Source of the DNA: Acidobacteriota bacterium
GTDB lineage: Bacteria > Acidobacteriota > Blastocatellia > Pyrinomonadales > Pyrinomonadaceae
Direction of reading: 5' to 3'
DNA length: 64,000 nucleotides
Assembly (NCBI GenBank): GCA_020200235.1
Contig: JAIVJC010000008.1
Location: 449 to 64,448, forward strand
Positions within the stretch are counted from its first letter, which is position 1. The number at the start of each line of letters is the position of its first letter. Shown here one piece after another: positions 58,364 to 64,000 of this stretch. The notes under the pieces were generated by a model, which saw nothing but the letters and a program-made list of their open reading frames with translations, was not told the DNA's origin and did no database searches. Both the position numbers and the translations under genes were made by a program.

Positions 58364-60286
58364 CTAGTCGGAGCCGAAGGCGCGCAGTACCTCCAACGCG
58401 GCGGCTTCGATCTGATAGACGGTCTTGCCGCTGTTGATGGGGCGCGATGGCTTGTCGGGGTTGGCGATGATCAGCGCGGCGTCGCGGAACTGATGCACGG
58501 TCTGGCGGCGCACGCTCTCGCGCGTGTTCGGCTTGTACTGCTTGCCGTAGTGCTCGGCGAAGAAGTCCATCATCTCCGTCACTCCTCGCAGCGGCGCGCG
58601 CGCCTCTGCCCACGGCGTTTCCGGTCGTAGGTCGAGCAGCGCGAGCAGCGTGAGCGCGGATCGCTCGTTCTGCTGCGCCGAGGGCAAGCCGAGGGCTTTC
58701 AGGGCGCGCGCGGCTTCGTCAATTCGCTTCTTCGCAGGGATCGGATCGGAGGTGTCGGTGTTCATGTGCAGCAGTTGAGAGGCGATGAGATGATCGAGCG
58801 CGCCTTGGTCGAGGGCGCGTTCGCCGACGCTCGCGCCCACAGCCTCTAGCTCCGATCGGGAGGGGTATTTGAGGCTCCGCAGATCGGTGGCGTTGACCTG
58901 TGTGTGCCCGTTGAACTGACGGAAGTAAGCGTCGAGCAGGCTGGAGTTGAGGAACGCTGCCAGCCCGCGCGCCAGATCAGCGCCCATCCCCTTACCCATC
59001 TCGTGAAAATAATTCAGATGGTTCTCAAAGCCGACACGCGGCGCGCGCGTGCGCTCCGGATCGTAGATGGCGGCGACGACGCGGCGCGGCTCTTCCTTCG
59101 AGGAGAAGCGTTTGACGAGCACGTACACGCCGGACGGCACGAGCAGATCGGCAGAGCCGGGCGCGTCGGCGATCCAGTTCAACTTTTTGCTGTGCGGAGT
59201 GGGGTGGCAGACGTAGCCGCCGCAGAAGTGGTGCGGGTAGATGAGCGGCACCGCGTCCTCGGTGGGCTCACGCCGCAGGTGCTCGGTGGCTCTAAAATCT
59301 ACGACGCGCCCCGTCGAGACCGTAAGACCGAGATCAGCAAGCGTCGCCGTGAATCGCCCCATGCGCGCGGCGACCCTGTAGCCGAGCTCGTCCGGCACGA
59401 TGCGGATAAAGGCGTCGGGATCGTCGGGCTGCACCAATTGCTCCGGCGGCACCTGCCTGATCATCATCGCCTCGTCATCCAGATCGCTGCTGGAGGAGAC
59501 GATCACGCTCCCGCCGTCGCCCACCTGCTTGACGGCGTGAAAAATGATGTTTTCTTGCAGCACGTCGTCGTCGCCAAACGCGAGGTTGCGCGCGTCGAAG
59601 AGGTGGATGCGCTTGAATCTCATCGCTTCGAGGAACGACCGCCTGAACGACTTGAAGTAAGAGCCGTTGCAGAAGCTGCGCGGCGTAATAGCGACCAGTT
59701 CCCCGGCAGGCTCAAGCAGCCGCGTCACCAGCGAGACGAAGGCGCTGTAGAAGTTAGAGGTCTCGACGCCGACCGAGCGCAGCAGTTGGCGTGCTGCGGA
59801 GCCGCTGCTCATCTTGCGGTACGGCGGGTTGAGGATCGCGTGTGTGTAAGCCTCGCCCCGCGCCGCGCCGACCACACGTGCAGCCGCCTCGATGAAGTCT
59901 TCGCCGCGCACCTCCGCGCTGAAATTGATGCCGGCACCCTCGCACTCGACGCGACAGGCTTCGAGCGTGTCGCGCAGGTAGCCGACGAGGGCGGGATCGA
60001 TCTCGTAAGCTGTGACCGACAGTTCGGCGGGCGGCGACTGCCAGCGGCAGACCTCGGCGACGAACGCAGCGGAGAGAGCGCCCACGCCCGCCCCTGCGTC
60101 GAGCAGGCGGACATGCTCGCGCGGCGGCTGGAAGAGTGATGCCATGAAGCGCGCGATCGCTGGCGGCGTGAGGAACTGACCCCACTCGGCGCGCCGCCCG
60201 GCGTCGAGCTTGCGCGCCACGTCGAGCCGGAAGAACTCGGCGCGTTCGGCGGGCGTTGCAAAACCCTTTTGTACGTCTGCACTCAT
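58364..60286 (-). CDS. N6-adenine DNA methyltransferase (BsuBI/PstI/Eco57I-type) fused to the endonuclease N-terminal HTH, ending at a premature TAG
   Basis: GQFLTP, LLDAGAGVG, ILNPPY, TGRVVDFR, FENHLN and FNGHTQVNATDL, then QQNERSALTLLALL and YKPNTRESVRRQT; ATG at 60286. Confidence 0.88.
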   Translation of the reverse strand: MSADVQKGFATPAERAEFFRLDVARKLDAGRRAEWGQFLTPPAIARFMASLFQPPREHVRLLDAGAGVGALSAAFVAEVCRWQSPPAELSVTAYEIDPALVGYLRDTLEACRVECEGAGINFSAEVRGEDFIEAAARVVGAARGEAYTHAILNPPYRKMSSGSAARQLLRSVGVETSNFYSAFVSLVTRLLEPAGELVAITPRSFCNGSYFKSFRRSFLEAMRFKRIHLFDARNLAFGDDDVLQENIIFHAVKQVGDGGSVIVSSSSDLDDEAMMIRQVPPEQLVQPDDPDAFIRIVPDELGYRVAARMGRFTATLADLGLTVSTGRVVDFRATEHLRREPTEDAVPLIYPHHFCGGYVCHPTPHSKKLNWIADAPGSADLLVPSGVYVLVKRFSSKEEPRRVVAAIYDPERTRAPRVGFENHLNYFHEMGKGMGADLARGLAAFLNSSLLDAYFRQFNGHTQVNATDLRSLKYPSRSELEAVGASVGERALDQGALDHLIASQLLHMNTDTSDPIPAKKRIDEAARALKALGLPSAQQNERSALTLLALLDLRPETPWAEARAPLRGVTEMMDFFAEHYGKQYKPNTRESVRRQTVHQFRDAALIIANPDKPSRPINSGKTVYQIEAAALEVLRAFGSD

Positions 60287-60345
60287 CAGCGGTGGAGAGG
60301 AACTGCGACACCCTGCGCGCAGATGTCGCGGATGAGATAATTCAT

Positions 60346-62850
<2,505 letters not shown>

Positions 62851-62887
62851 GTGTGTGGTTCGGAAAAGTCCCGCGTTCATCGTGCGA

Positions 62888-64000
62888 TCAGTTTCCCGTC
62901 GCGGCGCGCGCCTGCGTCTGCGCCTTGAGCTGGATGCCCGTGCCGCGCGCGTAGAGTTTGGGGAGCGTGATGGGGAGTCGCCCCGTCACGGCGATCTCGC
63001 CGGAGAGGGCGCGCGCCGCCGCCTGCTGGAGACTCGGCATGTCGCCGTAGGCGACCATGTAAGTTTTCAGATCGGTAAAACTTCCGAGCAGGTACGGGTT
63101 GCCGAAGCTGATGCCGACGAGCGGCGCCTTCCTGTCGATCAGCTTGTCGAGCGCGCGCTTGCCCGGATCGGGGAGCGCGCCGCTGTTCGACTGCCCCGTC
63201 CGCACGCGACCGTAGAGAGCTGCGACGACGAGGTCCGCGCCCTTCGCGCGCTCCAGAGCCTTCTCGACTTCCTTGTCGGATGAGCGCTCGTCTAAGACGA
63301 CGACTTCGAGCCTGCGCCCGCCGCGCGCGAGCGTCGAGACGAAGGGCTGCGCGATCCAGAGTCGATCCTCGCCGTTCGTCACCGCGAGGACGAAGAGGCG
63401 CGAGTTTGCGCCGAGGCTGGTGGCGGGCAGCAGGTGCACCTCGTCGCGCACGAGCGTGACGGCGTGCTCCGCGATCTCGCGCGCCAGTCTTTCACTGTCA
63501 GCCGTGCCCACGACCGTGTCGATGTTCTCGAGCGGCGCGACGCGCTGCCTGACGAGACCGAGATCGTACTTCGCGGCGAGGACGCGGCGCGCCGACTCTT
63601 CGATCCGCTGCTCCGTCAGACGCCCCGACTGCACAGCCTCGCGCACGCCGCGCACCGTCGCGTCCGGGTCGGAAGGTTTCAGGAGCAGGTCCGCGCCCGC
63701 GAGCAGCGCGCGCACAGCGGACTCGCCGGGTGTGAAGTAGATCGTGAGGCCGCTCATGTCGAGCGCGTCGGTCGTGATGATGCCGTCGAAGCCGAGGTCG
63801 CGCCGGAGTATGCCGGTCAGGACTTGCGGCGAGAGCGTGCCGGGCAAAGTCGCGTTCTCGGTGAGCACTTCGCTGTCGGCGTAAGTCGGCCTGGCCGCGC
63901 CCGCGCGCGGGATGGGGCTCACGGTGGTCGGGTCGATCTGCGGCAGGCCGATGTGCGCGGACATGATGGAGCCGACGCCCGCCGCGATCGCCGCGCGGAA
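62888..64000 (-). CDS. nagZ: GH3 beta-N-acetylglucosaminidase (NagZ-like, two-domain), 5' part beyond the window
   Basis: IMSAH, LRRDLGFDGIITTDALDM nucleophile motif, AGADLLL and the C-domain FGNPY...GRLPI. Confidence 0.8.
   Translation of the reverse strand, partial: FRAAIAAGVGSIMSAHIGLPQIDPTTVSPIPRAGAARPTYADSEVLTENATLPGTLSPQVLTGILRRDLGFDGIITTDALDMSGLTIYFTPGESAVRALLAGADLLLKPSDPDATVRGVREAVQSGRLTEQRIEESARRVLAAKYDLGLVRQRVAPLENIDTVVGTADSERLAREIAEHAVTLVRDEVHLLPATSLGANSRLFVLAVTNGEDRLWIAQPFVSTLARGGRRLEVVVLDERSSDKEVEKALERAKGADLVVAALYGRVRTGQSNSGALPDPGKRALDKLIDRKAPLVGISFGNPYLLGSFTDLKTYMVAYGDMPSLQQAAARALSGEIAVTGRLPITLPKLYARGTGIQLKAQTQARAATGN

Noticed and set aside
58364..58366. Programmed TAG read-through (pyrrolysine or recoding) in the R-M gene
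   Set aside because: A separate frameshift lies downstream, TAG is used as a normal stop in other genes here, and no pyl genes are visible.

Overview
GC-rich bacterial DNA. Oar-like TonB-dependent receptors, an acidobacterial-type VWA protein and a REP family suggest Acidobacteriota, probably Blastocatellia (inference). The left ~23 kb is mixed housekeeping and envelope content: SET-domain tail, BNR/VPS10 protein, MBL-rhodanese fusion, lytic transglycosylase, debranching enzyme, DsbA/VKOR and a small metallothionein. It also holds a putative sigma-54-driven S8 protease with ten GVL[IML]GD repeats next to a multi-TM hybrid histidine kinase. The right ~40 kb reads as a coherent candidate peptidoglycan/necromass-foraging locus: four TonB-dependent receptors, GH3 NagZ-like, serine-hydrolase-NamZ fusion, GHL10 hydrolase, NagA, D-aminoacylase, a beta-lactamase-like protein coupled to GltS, a GlcDE/GlcF oxidase, two TPR paralogues and an S1/P1 nuclease. 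A BsuBI/PstI-type methylase-endonuclease fusion, with only its nuclease half broken, interrupts this locus. Six other genes carry apparent internal deletions or frameshifts, which may be real decay or assembly artefacts. There are two heptamer-repeat inverted elements and a REP triplet translated in frame. No rRNA, tRNA, CRISPR array or transposase was recognised. All calls rest on motifs read by eye; no database search was run.
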